NCBI GenBank assembly: GCA_002633005.1
Contig: NMRA01000050.1
Span: forward strand, 1,223,387-1,287,386
Length of the DNA stretch: 64,000 nucleotides
Source of the DNA: Phoronis australis
Lineage: Eukaryota; Animalia; Phoronida
Reading direction: 5' to 3'
Of the stretch, positions 49,901 to 60,905 are shown piece after piece. Below the pieces are notes generated by a model that did not search any database, was not told where the DNA came from, and saw nothing but the letters and a program-made list of their open reading frames with translations. Position numbers and translations under genes: made by a program. The number at the start of each line of letters is the position of its first letter. Positions within the stretch are counted from its first letter, which is position 1.

Positions 49901-52900
49901 CAACGTATGATATAAACCTTCTAGATAAAATCTCAAAACGCTGCAAGTTTTCTAAAATACCGTTTAATTTTCGTTTCATGCTACATGAGCATTTTTTCAA
50001 AAAAAAAATAATACATATTTTTGACAGCCCCAGATGCAAACGTAGAACATTTTAAAAACAGTTCCTAACAACTTCTTGGAGAACACTATATAAAACATGT
50101 ATCTAAAACTGTTAAATAAGTCTGATCAGATATTTTTGAGATACGATATAACTGCCAAGTTGGTCCAAGGGTCCCATATAACTTCAAATCCATGCACTTG
50201 GTGTCACTGACAACTTTTGGTCAAGTGGCACAGACTGTAAAGGTCAATAATATGTAACCAAAACTATGGACAGAGATCCAACTTGATGGTCACTAGGGGG
50301 CACATATGTTAGATTCATCTGAAAATCTAAATGTCTCATCATCTCTCTGCCAAATTTCATGAATATTCGTCGTGTTACTCAGAGATAGGCAAAGGAGCGA
50401 CACCAACAATGCCACCTGGGGGACAGCAGGCTGCAGTCATCTGTCGTCACGTTCATAGGAGTCAAATTTCAAACATCCTGCAAGGGGGTTAATAAGATAC
50501 AGCTGCAGTCGCCAGAAAGATGGACAGGCAGATGTCAGACAAAGATGATGGCAATATCCCCCCACATATGCACACACAGGAGCACAAAGTTAAATACATT
50601 CAGATGTCAACTTAACACTTTCCTATGAAAATCCAAATGAAGCTTAATGTGCCTTCCTTATAATTTTCCTAGCATACAAAGCAATAAACAGTGCAAGCAT
50701 CTTACAACGTAATCTTCGTATTTTCCCTTCCAGTCGCAATGCTTGGTAGGACATTTCACGTCCAACCGATTCAAGCTTCGTCTAATGGCGTTGTCCGGAA
50801 ACATCTATAAATCAAACAACATTTGTGAAGCTCAAACTACTTATTTTTTCCAAATAGTTATATTGAGCTTTTGTCAATCAACCTTTCACTAAGACGCCAG
50901 GCACTAATGCTCGTGGATTATTAGCAGCACATTTTAAAATAATTATCAAATTATATTGAAAAGTGGTCCTGAGTCAATAAAATTTATACAACCTCTGGCA
51001 GTACAGAATGGTAAATAGACTTCTCAAGAGTGACAATAGGGCAATACAACATGGCCAACACTAAATGAAATGATCCTTACTGGTCTGCAAACAATTTTTG
51101 TTGGTAAAATTATGGCAAATCTAATAAAGAAGAGCAACGCGAAGCTTTGAAATAAGCCCACGAATGCAGTGTATACGGTGTGCTTATAGGGTGTTAATTT
51201 GTGTCATAAAATGGCCTCTAGAAAGTGCAAAACATTTCAAATCCATTAAAAAATGGAAAATGTCACCATTTTTAATAAAAAGCTATTTGCCACATTTCAT
51301 GAAACTTTAGCAAAACTGAAAAAACGAAATTACCACTAGGGGACAAGAGTTCATTGGATGATCGTCTGAAAGCTGTCATCCTCCGTTGTCAACGTCTTAT
51401 AAATACACTTGCTAAATTTAATAAACATTCTGCAGAGAGCTTAGGAGATACAGCCAAGGACGTAGAAAACTACCACTAGGAGGCGCCACAGTAACTGAAG
51501 CCGGAAAATAATCGTCAAATGTCCTCTTCACACTAATAATACATAAGCCAATTTTCACAATCATCCTAAGAGTTGCTTGGTTAACAGAGGGCGGACAGCA
51601 AAAACAGACTAGAAAACAGTAAAAATGGCCACTAAATGGTACAAAACATGTTGAATCCATCTGAAAACCGGAAAATGTCACCATTTCTTTAAAAGGAAAC
51701 TATTTAACAAATTTCATGAAAATTCCTCCAGGAACTTCAGAAAAACTGGAAAACAGAAAAAATTAAATTTACCACTAGGGGGAAGTGTTAGTCGGACCCG
51801 TCTGAAAGTCATTGTCTTTTATAGTTAACTCCAGATAAACCCATTTGCTACATTTAATAAAGATCCTGTAGAGCATTTAGGAGATACAGCCATGGACGCA
51901 AAAACAAACAAAACTGCCACTAGGAGGCGCCACAGCAGTAGAAGTTGTTGGAAAATCATTGTCAACCATCCTCTTTATAGTAAGAACATACAAGCCAATT
52001 TTTGCAATCATCCCTATAGTGGTATGGTTGAAAGAGGGGCGCGCACCAAAAAACGGACTCGAAAATAGTAACAATGGCCATCAGATGGCGCAAAATGCCT
52101 CGAATCCATCCGAAAACAGGAGGATAGCATCACCTCATTAATAGATGCATATGTACCAAATTTCATGAAAATCGGTTGAGGACCTTTGAAGATACAGATG
52201 CAAACGTAAAAAACTAAAATTGCCACTAGGGGGCACAGTGGTATTCGGATCCATCTGAAACTCTTCGCTCTCTGTCGTCAACCCCATAGAAACACACCCG
52301 CCAAGTTTCAATATGATCCTGCAAGGGGTGTAGGAGATATAGCCACGGACGCCGGATGCCCAGACAGAGATGACAGCAATATGCACCCACATATAAATAT
52401 GTGGGCGCATCAAAATGGGGATGACAGTGAATCCAATGTAATAGTTTTGAACTACAGCAATATATTACTGACTGAAAGTGTTCAGTACAGCATAGGTTGG
52501 CAGGTGATAAAACATCAGTTCTGTTGGGTGGCATTGTTTGCTAAGGAAAGAGCTGCATTGTGTAAAGTCAACACATTGTAAATAATTACTTAGTGTCTAG
52601 TGATGGGTGAAGCGTGCGACCTGTTTAGATTTTCAGATGTGGAGAACACTGATTATTATAACTCAATAAATTTCTAATGACTAAGAACTTTTCAAACTAA
52701 TTATCAAATAATTAAAATGCAATCAAACTTCTACCATCCTACACAAAATATAGAAAACATCTGTCCTGTTGTGTGGCATTGTTTGTTAAGGAAAGAGCTA
52801 CATTGTGAAGTCAACACATTACACATAGCCATTACTTAGTATCTGCTGATGCCTGAAGTCACATTACCGTTTCCATAGACAAGACACTAGCCTCATCCTC

Positions 52901-55900
52901 TATGTCTTCCTTCGCACATATGGGGCAATGTGTTGAACTGAAAAAAGATAAAAGTATTAGTAGTAAACATGAAATTATCAAAATATTATTAACTAAGTGT
53001 CGCTAGTGCGGTGAGGGTTCCACCACAGGGTTCTCNATCAAAATATTATTAACTAAGTGTCGCTAGTGCGGTGAGGGTTCCATCACAGGGTTCTCCACAA
53101 CCTGTTTTGACTCGTCACAGCATCCAATTTCCTCTTAAAGAAGGGGAAGGACAGGCACAGCAAGAGCAGCTATCACCCCATCAGCGTTCTTAGCTGTCCA
53201 GGCAAACTCATGGAACGCATGGTCAGCAAACGTCAGCAATATCACCTAGAAAAGAACAGGCTTATTAACCCCAACCCAGTTAGGGTTCAGAAAGAACAGC
53301 AGCACAGAGGATCAGATCACACTGCTCAACCAAGATATAGAAAATGGCTTTCAACAGAAAATAAAGACACTAGCCGTCTTTGTTGACCTAACTAAAGCCT
53401 TCGATAAGGTCTGGAAGGAAGGCTTACTCCTCAAGCTCCTCCAAAAACAAGTAGGTGGCAAAATATATGCGTGGATTAACAGTTACCTCCTCCACACATA
53501 TGCGCGCGTAAAGCTGGAAGGACAGACAAGCAAGCTGATTAGGACTAGGGAAGGAGTACCCCAGGGCAGCATGATATCGCCAACACTCTTTGTTGTCTTC
53601 ATTGATGACATTGCTGATCACCTGCCTATGTACATTTCAAGGACTCTCCATGCAGATGACCTGGCTGTACGGACAAAAGCAGAATACATCACCACAGCAG
53701 CTTACAGAATGCAGGGAGCCATGGTCATCATCCTAAACTGGACAAAAGAGTGGATGGTCACGATCAACAGGACCAAGACCTAGGCCACGTGCTTTTCCCT
53801 TTCTCCCAAAAAAAGAGTTCTTGCTCCAGCAAGAAGGCCAGAATATTCCCCACCAAGAAATCCCATCCTACCTTGGGGTTAAATTGGACAAGAGGCTTAC
53901 ATGGTCCCCTCACATTGCTGCCATGAGCAGCAAAGCTACTAAGACAATTGCTGTGATGAAGAAACTTGCTGGTACCAGTTGGGGTGCAAACATGAAGATC
54001 TTGACCCAACTTTACACGGGATCTGTCAGACCCCAGGTGGAGTACGCCTCTAACAGATGGTCTACAGCTGCCAAAACCAACACAGACAACTTAGGCAGGG
54101 TCCAGAATACTGCGTTTAATTACAGGAGGCATGAAGACCACCCCCATCATGGAAATGGAGAAGAAGGCAGGCTTAAGCTCATTGGAAGTAAGACGGGATG
54201 AGAAACTCCTGAGACGGGGGAAAAAATGAAGCGGCTTCACATCACATCCACTGCACTCCAACCCCGACCAAAAACTGCATCAAGAGGCAGAGTCCAAGCC
54301 TCCTCATCAAGGCACTTCAGCAGAAACATCAACCTCTGCTATCCTCAATCAACCAACCTCTAAAAATGCTCCAAGACTTTGAAGAATGGTCCCTGGACGT
54401 TCCCCACATCATTCTCGACATCCCTGGGATTGAAGCAAAGCATACACAACTGGAGGCAGTCCTGAAGGCCCTCACCCTAGAAACCCTAGACAGAGACTAC
54501 CCTACCACCACCTGGACCCGAGTTTATACAGATGGCTCTGCAGAGAATGCTCTCAGAAAATACCCAGACGGCAGCACTCTGCGCAAGTCCATTGCCACGG
54601 GTCTTCAGTCCACCAACTACAGAGCTGAGGCAAATGCCCAATACCTCGCAGNTGAAGGCCCTCACCCTAGAAACCCTAGACAGAGACTACCCTACCACCA
54701 CCTGGACCCGAATTTATACAGATGGCTCAGCAGAGAATGCTGTCAAAAATGGGGGAGGTGGGGTATTCATCAAATACCCAGACGGCAGCACTCTGCGCAA
54801 GTCCATTGCCACGGGTCTTCAGTCCACCAACTACAGAGCTGGGGCAAATGCCCTATACCTCGCAGCCTAGATACTCAACCAGCAAACGATGTTCCCGGAT
54901 CAGACAGTATTCCTCACAGACTGCCCAATCTCTTCTGCAGAGCCTCCAGACAACAGAGAGAGACCAGATCGTGCAATCCATCAAACAAGAGATGCACATT
55001 CTCAGCAGCAAAACCACTGTTGTGCTGCTATGGATTCCCTACCACTGCGGCATCAGCGGCAACGAGGAAGCAGACAGACTCTCCAAGGCAGGAAGCAAAC
55101 TGGAGCAGACGTCGCACCCATCATGATATGGAGAAATAAAAACTCTCTTACGAAGTCACTTTAGAAATGCCTGGAGGGGACGCATACGTTTGAGGACTGC
55201 AGACTATATCCACCAGCTTGACCGGCAGGAACAAGTCACTATCTTCAGGCTAAGAACCGGCCACTGCCAGCTGCTCTCCAACATGCATTGCCTGAAAATC
55301 TCTCACACAGATGAGTGCCCCTGTGGCACTGGCCCCCAGACACCTGAGCATTTACTGCGGAGCTGCCCTACGTTCCGATTCCCTAAGGCGCCAGACATGG
55401 CCCAGTCCGGTGGAACTCAAGGTAAAACTGTGGGGCCTGACGGCATCATTGCGACAAACTGCAGACTTCGTCCAAAAGACCAGACTGACTCTCTAAGCTA
55501 CATGGCAGGGAACGCTGAAGAGGAATAATTCTGACAAGTTTGACTGACTTGCGATGAGTTTAAAAACTTATGGTACCTACTAAACACACATACTCCCATC
55601 AGTTTCCCCAGTTTCAACTACATGTCTAAACACAACTGGGACAGGGCAGAAAGTGGTCATCTTTCAATGCGCTTGTACAATACCGTATTTACGGGTGCTT
55701 CGCAGGCATTCTTAAGGTTTAGAAATTTGCGATTGTTTATGCGAGCATGTGCAGACAGTTTGCGATCTAATATTGTGTAAATGCGACTATGAAGAGGAAC
55801 AAGTCGCAACGTGACAACTCGAACCGTGACAACTCTTCCCCCTGCAAAAACAACTATAAAGTGTGCTGCGTATAATTAGCCTAGTACTCTCATATATTAA

Positions 55901-57039
55901 GAAAGTGTTGCAGTGCCCTGGCCAAGTGTTGGAATAGTCGTAAATGGAGCCAGTGTACCCGAGGCTGAGCTGGTATGGAACAACACCTCAACATGGTATA
56001 TAATTTTCACTTTTTGGCAGAGGCAATGTCTTACTATAATAGAAGAATTAATAACAAGCTGTTGTCATCCAAATTATATATATGTATACCTATATGATAT
56101 ATGGGCACATAAAATTTGCGAATAATGAAAATAGGTGGTCCCAACTTCAATTTATTTTGTTTAGCTGTCTGAATGTTATTGGGCCTCAAAGTTAGACGAA
56201 AACAAAAATAAGAAAAACAAAAAACGCAGAACAGCACTCTGTGGTATCCACGGGAAGATAAAAAGGCCACATAATGATAAATGTGTTTTAGAGCAATAAT
56301 GTATAATTTGACAAGATTCAAAGTTCTGTAGTGCTTGCCGTAGATGCGGCTAAAAAATTTCTGATGAAGGCCAAAGGCTTGTTGAAAGGAGATCACCTAT
56401 TGAGAAAATTTCCCAGAATACCAATATGCAGCTAATAAATTAAATACACATGCAATACTGTGGGCTAGATGCCTACTAGATCAAAACATTCCAGGACCAT
56501 CGTTCCATATTCACGTTAAAGATTTGCATCATGTCTTTAGCAAAGACATCATGTTATCACGATTTTTGCCAGTCAGAAAGCTGTTTTGTGCCATTCAAAA
56601 ATTGACATGCAACCATTAACATTCACAGGTTAATTCGACTACTGATGGTTTAACAAGTTTGGAGTAAAGAGCAAAACTGTAGCCAAGTTATGAATTCCAA
56701 CTTTTCACATTCGGAAAGACAATCACACGGCTGCTCCTAACAAACACTCTCTGACAAATAGCTAAACACTGACAACAGGTGGTATTGTACATGCACAAAA
56801 GTAAAAAATCAACAACCCAAAAATGAACAAAAGTTAAATCATTCAATTCCCACAAAAACTCACCTTTGAAAGTTCTCAACGCATCTCTTGCAGTAGCGAT
56901 GGCCACAAAAGCTCTGCATAGGTTCACGAAGGACATGACGACAATGGCTACACAGGTACTTGTTGTCGATTTTCTGAATGAAAATGTGGGGCGGGAATCC
57001 CTTCCGTGCTGCCTTGTAATTGGACGGCAAGACAGCCAT
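40899..57039 (-). CDS. TNF receptor-associated factor, TRAF2-like (RING + TRAF zinc fingers + coiled coil + start of MATH domain); 3' end uncertain
   Basis: Exons 57039-56864, 52937-52868, 50804-50706, 48730-48497, 47921-47730, 47301-47193, 46311-46133 and 40980-40899 are phase-compatible. RING: CSHCRHVLREPMQSFCGHRYCKRC..CPIC. Also FPDNAIRR, TRAF zinc fingers, ERELALKDITLAEL and SYDGVLVWKITDF. Candidate further exons are 37624-37545 and 34105-34079. Confidence 0.9.
41380..43840 (+). mobile_element. Decayed L1/Tx1-type LINE ORF2 fragment, interrupted by a ~1.35-kb insertion (about 42310-43655)
   Basis: KAQWVEEG/TNSKYFLNFEKRN, KAPRNDGLGYEFYKTFW, DFKKAYDSVNW and RQGDTL; resumes near 43700 with INWSQK...QNFEEKIVKLKQTL; many frameshifts. 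Confidence 0.8.
44103..45830. mobile_element. Non-autonomous Tc1/mariner (pogo-like) element
   Basis: TA flanks; 24-bp TIR CCGTAATCGTTCGGGTTAACGCCC; multiple subterminal GGGCGGTTAA repeats; no recognisable transposase. Confidence 0.75.
46133..46311 (-). CDS. TRAF exon: TRAF-N coiled coil, ends at a GC donor
   Basis: IMPAMHQELDLVYRVVVAHEEQQLKERHDLAKMQSTIAKMERELALKDITLAELNRRLQ followed by GCATGT. Confidence 0.85.
47193..47301 (-). CDS. TRAF exon: coiled-coil region
   Basis: VPSKGASSKGLLSALSALSGSDPNYHVLVTKISSLD; GTAAGT donor; phase 0-1 matches the next exon. Confidence 0.75.
47730..47921 (-). CDS. TRAF exon: end of zinc fingers / start of coiled coil
   Basis: IKSDNVQSHNKKC...RRIEEMTETVPQLQSRVENMA; TAG acceptor, GTGAGT donor; phase 0-0. 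Confidence 0.75.
48010..48243. repeat. Minisatellite, ~29-35-bp unit CTGTCCCACCCCGTAGTGCCACGCGCACT, in TRAF intron
   Basis: Read directly from the sequence. Confidence 0.85.
48497..48730 (-). CDS. TRAF exon: TRAF-type zinc fingers
   Basis: EHEVKCEYMLVACPQGC...HMAALC...CKEC...HLEVCPKLKMKCSGCRRDIQRDQ; CAG acceptor, GTAGG donor. Confidence 0.92.
49087..50635. other. ~775-bp near-identical tandem duplication split by a single n (probable assembly artefact)
   Basis: 49087-49861 is repeated at 49863-50635; n at 49862. Confidence 0.8.
50706..50804 (-). CDS. TRAF exon: linker and zinc finger 1
   Basis: MFPDNAIRRSLNRLDVKCPTKHCDWKGKYEDYV; GTAAG donor. Confidence 0.9.
51125..52414. mobile_element. 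Helentron/HINE-like non-autonomous element with internal ~150-bp tandem units
   Basis: Diverged ~140-160-bp repeats; terminal hairpin ATGCACCCACATAT-AA-ATATGTGGGCGCAT at 52381-52410; related copies at 57100-58272 and 49480-49815. Confidence 0.55.
52868..52937 (-). CDS. TRAF exon: end of RING
   Basis: STHCPICAKEDIEDEASVLSMET; TTTCAG acceptor, GTAATG donor. Confidence 0.85.
53110..55527 (+). mobile_element. 5'-truncated RNase H-bearing LINE (Ingi/I-group-like) inserted antisense in a TRAF intron
   Basis: RT motifs YHPIS, FVDLTKAFDKVW, EGVPQG..ISPTLF, HADDLA and YLGVKLDKRLTW; RNase H motifs YTDGSA, NYRAE and WIPYHCGISGNEEADRLSK; C-terminal FRLRTGH..ECPCG..QTPEHLL..CP; frameshifted. Confidence 0.9.
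56864..57039 (-). CDS. TRAF exon: RING finger N-part
   Basis: MAVLPSNYKAARKGFPPHIFIQKIDNKYLCSHCRHVLREPMQSFCGHRYCKRCVENFQ; GTGAGT donor; acceptor at 57091-57093. Confidence 0.9.
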
Positions 57040-57099
57040 CTGCTTTTTGTTGATTTCACAAGGACAGAATTTGGTAACTTTGCTGAATTCCTACAAAAA

Positions 57100-58272
57100 C
57101 ACAACACAAATCTTTCAAATGGCACAACTGATACAAGTGTGAAATACAAGAGCAACAGAAAATAACCATTAGATGGCGTAAAACGTACGATCCATCCAAA
57201 AACAGGAACGTGCCAGATTTCATAAAAATCTGTCAAGGAACTTGAGAGAAACAAAGGAAAACAGAATAAAATGAAATTCCAACTTGTGGGCACAGCGTCC
57301 GTTGGATCCACCTGAAAGTCATCATCTGTTATCTTCATACAAATTCACTTACTAAATTCAATAAAGATCCTGCAGTGGGTTTTGGAAATACAGCTATGGA
57401 CGAAAAACAAAACAAAACTACCACAAGGATATGCCACAGTATTCAGTCACCATCATCAAACATCCTCACACTGAAAACAAATACGACTAAATTTTCAAAA
57501 CCATGCCTAGAATGATTTGATTGATCGAGGGGTGGACGCCAAAAACAAGATTTGAAAACAGCAAAAATGGCCACTAGGTGGCGCAAAATACCTCGATTCC
57601 ATCCAAAAACAGGATGATAGCGTCATTTCACCAATAGATACCTATATTCACAATTTTATGAAAATCTATTGAGAACCTTTGAAGATACAGACTGATAAAC
57701 GTAAAAAAACTAAAATTGCCACTAGGGGGCACACCAATAGTCAGATCCGTCCCAAAGTCGTCGCATTTGCTAAATTAAGTAAAGATCCTGCAAACATGCA
57801 AACATTTTCAGAGATACAGCCATGGGCGCAAAAACAAACAAACAGCCACTAGTACTGAGTAGGCGCCACAGTAGTCAAACTCGTCGGAAAATCATCGTCA
57901 GCTGTCCACTTCCTAGTAAAAACATACACGCCAATTTTCATACTTATCCTGAAAGTGGTTTAGTTGTTGATAGACGAGTGGACGCCAAAAAACTGACTCG
58001 AAAACAACAAAAATGGCCAATAGGTGGTGCAAACTAGGTTAAATCCATCTGAAAACTGAGAAATAGCGTCACCTAATTAAAGATGCCTGTATGCCAAATT
58101 CTATGAAAATAATTTGAGGACCTTAATTGAACATACAGGGGTATACATAACAAAATTAAAATTGCCACTAGGTGGCACACCTGTCGTCAGATCCGTCCCA
58201 AAGTCATCGTCGTCTATTGCCAACATCATATAAATACACTTACTAAATTTAGTAAAGATCCTTCAAACGGTT
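57100..58272. repeat. Second array of the same ~150-bp units
   Basis: Collinear with 51600-52330 (CCACTAGGGGGCAC, GATCCTGCA and GAGATACAGCCATGG blocks). Confidence 0.7.
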
Positions 58273-58332
58273 CGGCCAGTGTTTAAGTATTATAAATTAA
58301 GAGTTTCCTGTGATGAACGGTACCACACTTTC

Positions 58333-58420
58333 ACTTACCTGATGACGTCAACAGTCACGTGATTTACAATTCGTCCTGGTCTTCGTTCTGGTTTACCCAC
58401 GTACGACCTTGACCTTAACC
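58333..58420 (-). promoter_or_regulatory. Putative 5'-UTR exon / promoter region of TRAF gene
   Basis: CAG|GTAAGT donor at 58338-58333, upstream of the RING exon acceptor; adjacent TGACGTCA (CRE) and GTCACGTGA (E-box). Confidence 0.4.
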
Positions 58421-58565
58421 TACGGTGTTAGATGGTTTGATGCACTGCAAGAGACAAAACGCAACCCTCTAAGTAACGAACGAAAAACAAGTCTAAACCG
58501 GTTCGTATCGCGAATACCAGCGCGTTATCGGTCAGCATTTAAGTATAACTAAAACAAGAGTTTCC

Positions 58566-58921
58566 TGTGATCACAGGCACCTTTAATTAGCTCTCTACAA
58601 TATAACATAATAAAGAGAAAGGTACACAACTGACATTCAATATGGCCGTGTTGTGACTCCATACACAGGTTCTCGTGCAGCTTACCTCTACTCATATGAA
58701 AGCTTGAATACACGCTTGAGATGACGACCCACAAATGCAGACGTCCTGCGTGCAGCAGAGCCACATGTAGAGAGAGCTCTTTTGATTCCCCAGTCACGTG
58801 ACAAAACTAGAACTTACAACATCCGGCCACTTACGGAAACCCACAGACGAACACGAACACACAAGACAACACGAAAGACGAGACCACACAAACCAACATT
58901 CACAACATTCCTCCCCTCCCT
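58566..58921 (-). mobile_element. Polypurine tract and 3' LTR of the gag-only element (LTR may extend to 58280)
   Basis: Minus strand AGGGAGGGGAGGAA (58921-58908) immediately precedes TGTTGTG at 58907; ATTAAA near 58585; candidate CA ends at 58566 or 58280. Confidence 0.55.
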
Positions 58922-59318
58922 AAATAGAAGAATGATAAAAAAACGCCACCCAACCTTTACTCCCTCCTTAACTAATGAAATAGTAAAAAATAAACTGACC
59001 AATGTCTAATATACATTATGAAAAATTAAGAACTATACTACAAAAAATACTAGAGTAACTAAAACCTATGTGGCCGGATTTACAATAGAAAAAAAAACTA
59101 AATACTTCACAAAAGTACGTGACTGAGGATACGAAAAATTGAAAAATACTAGTTACAAGGTACATATGGTCAAAAAAAATTAAACTTGTGACAAGAAGAA
59201 TTTACTGTACTATATATTTAAAAAAAACTATTAACATTTGGACCATATGAACAAGTAATGAACACAGAACATGTAGTGCACAAAACAACAAGCAACAGCA
59301 AGGTAGCACAGTAAGCTA

Positions 59319-60905
59319 CTACAGAAAATTAACAGATGGTGGACAGAACATGAGGTCTGCCGGTTGCGTGACCTCACGATTAATAATGACAGAAAAATCA
59401 GGATCTGCGGACTGTTTAGCTGAAATATTTAAAACATTCGGAGATGTTGTATTGTTATAAATAAAACAGCCATCAGGTTTCAGATCAAACTTTTCATTAT
59501 CTGCACCATCTGAAGCAAAAATGCTGGACAGACCAAAATCTGTCTCGTCAAGGTCACATGGAGAAAGTGACTGAGTAGCCAGTGTAGGGTTGGAGTCAGG
59601 ATTCGTAATCACTTGCCTAGTTCCAACACATTTGTCTACTTTGGGAAGAAATGCAAGTGCACTCTTCTTAATCTTTATGGTCTCTGGAACGGACTCACCA
59701 ATTGACGCTGCAGGAGAGACACAGACGTTCCTACTCACTGCCACATCTCGTATGAAATCAGGCTGAGACAGCCCCCCTGCAGTTAGTGGGACATTTTGTG
59801 AAACAGTAACTGCAACATCTTGAGTAATCAATGAGTCATATGCAATATTATCAACTGATGAGTCTGGAACTTCAATACTATCTACTGGATTAGATACAGT
59901 ACTATCATCTTCAGTTGAAGGTACAGAGAACTCACCAGCAGTCTGAGTAGATGACTCAGCTGTCTTGGAAAGGAAATCCTCAGTCGAACCAGTATGTTTC
60001 ATGAATTTCTGAACCGATTTTTTCAAGAAACCTAACAGGCCAACTACTTTTTTACCGTCAGGGAGGTCAAAGTTCATTCGACGAGCTGAAACAGAATTCC
60101 AACAAGCTGACTGATAATGACCCAGCTTTCCACACCTGAAACACCTGCGAGGAGGATTAGAAGATCTTCCCAGAGATGAACTCGGTGAAACTCTTGGTGA
60201 AAATGGAGAAGATCGCTTCGGCGACTGTGTCTGCAACATCGCAAACAACTTGTTAAAATTGTTTGATACTTCCCTCCGATGTTCTAAAAGGTCAGACTTT
60301 AACTCATCCATCTTCTTATGAAGCTTAGCATAGTCAGTCATAAGGAATGAAACCGACGCATCTAAGTCATTGCACCTACCCTCAAGAACATCTAATCGAG
60401 ACTCTAAGGAGACACGAGGAATGAACTTAAGAGCTGGCTTCTTGGTTACTTGGCGAACAACAACTTCATCTCCTTCCATATTCCCCTCTCTACAAAAAGA
60501 TACCGAATTAGGTGAATTGGAAGTAGCCATCAAGTCTTTGGTTGTTGAAAACCACCTAGTGGCATTCAAGGCAGCCATGAGTGTACTTGGTAGACTGTTT
60601 ATAGCCAACTGCGCAACCTCTCCTGTAGACCTAAACAGAACCGAAGAACCGCCTGAGCTTCATCAGAGTCCCTCGCCTCTGGAAAGGCCAACAAGAATAA
60701 ACTTGTAAGACGGTCGGTCAGCCCATTGTTCTAAGGACTCGTCAGAAGTTTGCTTGGCTGACTGGAACCTAAGTTGGTGCACTTCATTGCACTCGACATC
60801 TGCCCCGACACGATAGGTCATATGATCCACAATTTGGTCGAAACTTGAGTGTGGATGAGCTTTAATATGGTTGAAAAACCAACGAGAGGCATCACCTTCC
60901 AAGCA
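59319..60905 (-). mobile_element. Ty3/Gypsy-like gag (capsid remnant + CCHC zinc knuckle), no pol
   Basis: LEGDASRWFF...QLRFQSAKQTSDESLEQWADR (capsid-like); 429-aa ORF with CFRCGKLGHYQSAC. Confidence 0.75.

Noticed and set aside
56355-56398. Possible hammerhead (CTGATGA...GAAA)
   Set aside because: Stem II is weak, and no convincing stem I/III surrounds a valid cleavage triplet.
9488-57039. SOD-like, AKR and TRAF as a co-oriented stress/immune gene cluster
   Set aside because: Three same-strand genes separated by many kb of repeats is unremarkable; there is no evidence of co-regulation in the sequence.
56688-57338. 216-aa ORF in the track
   Set aside because: Wrong-frame read across the TRAF RING exon and adjacent repeat; the real exon is in another frame.
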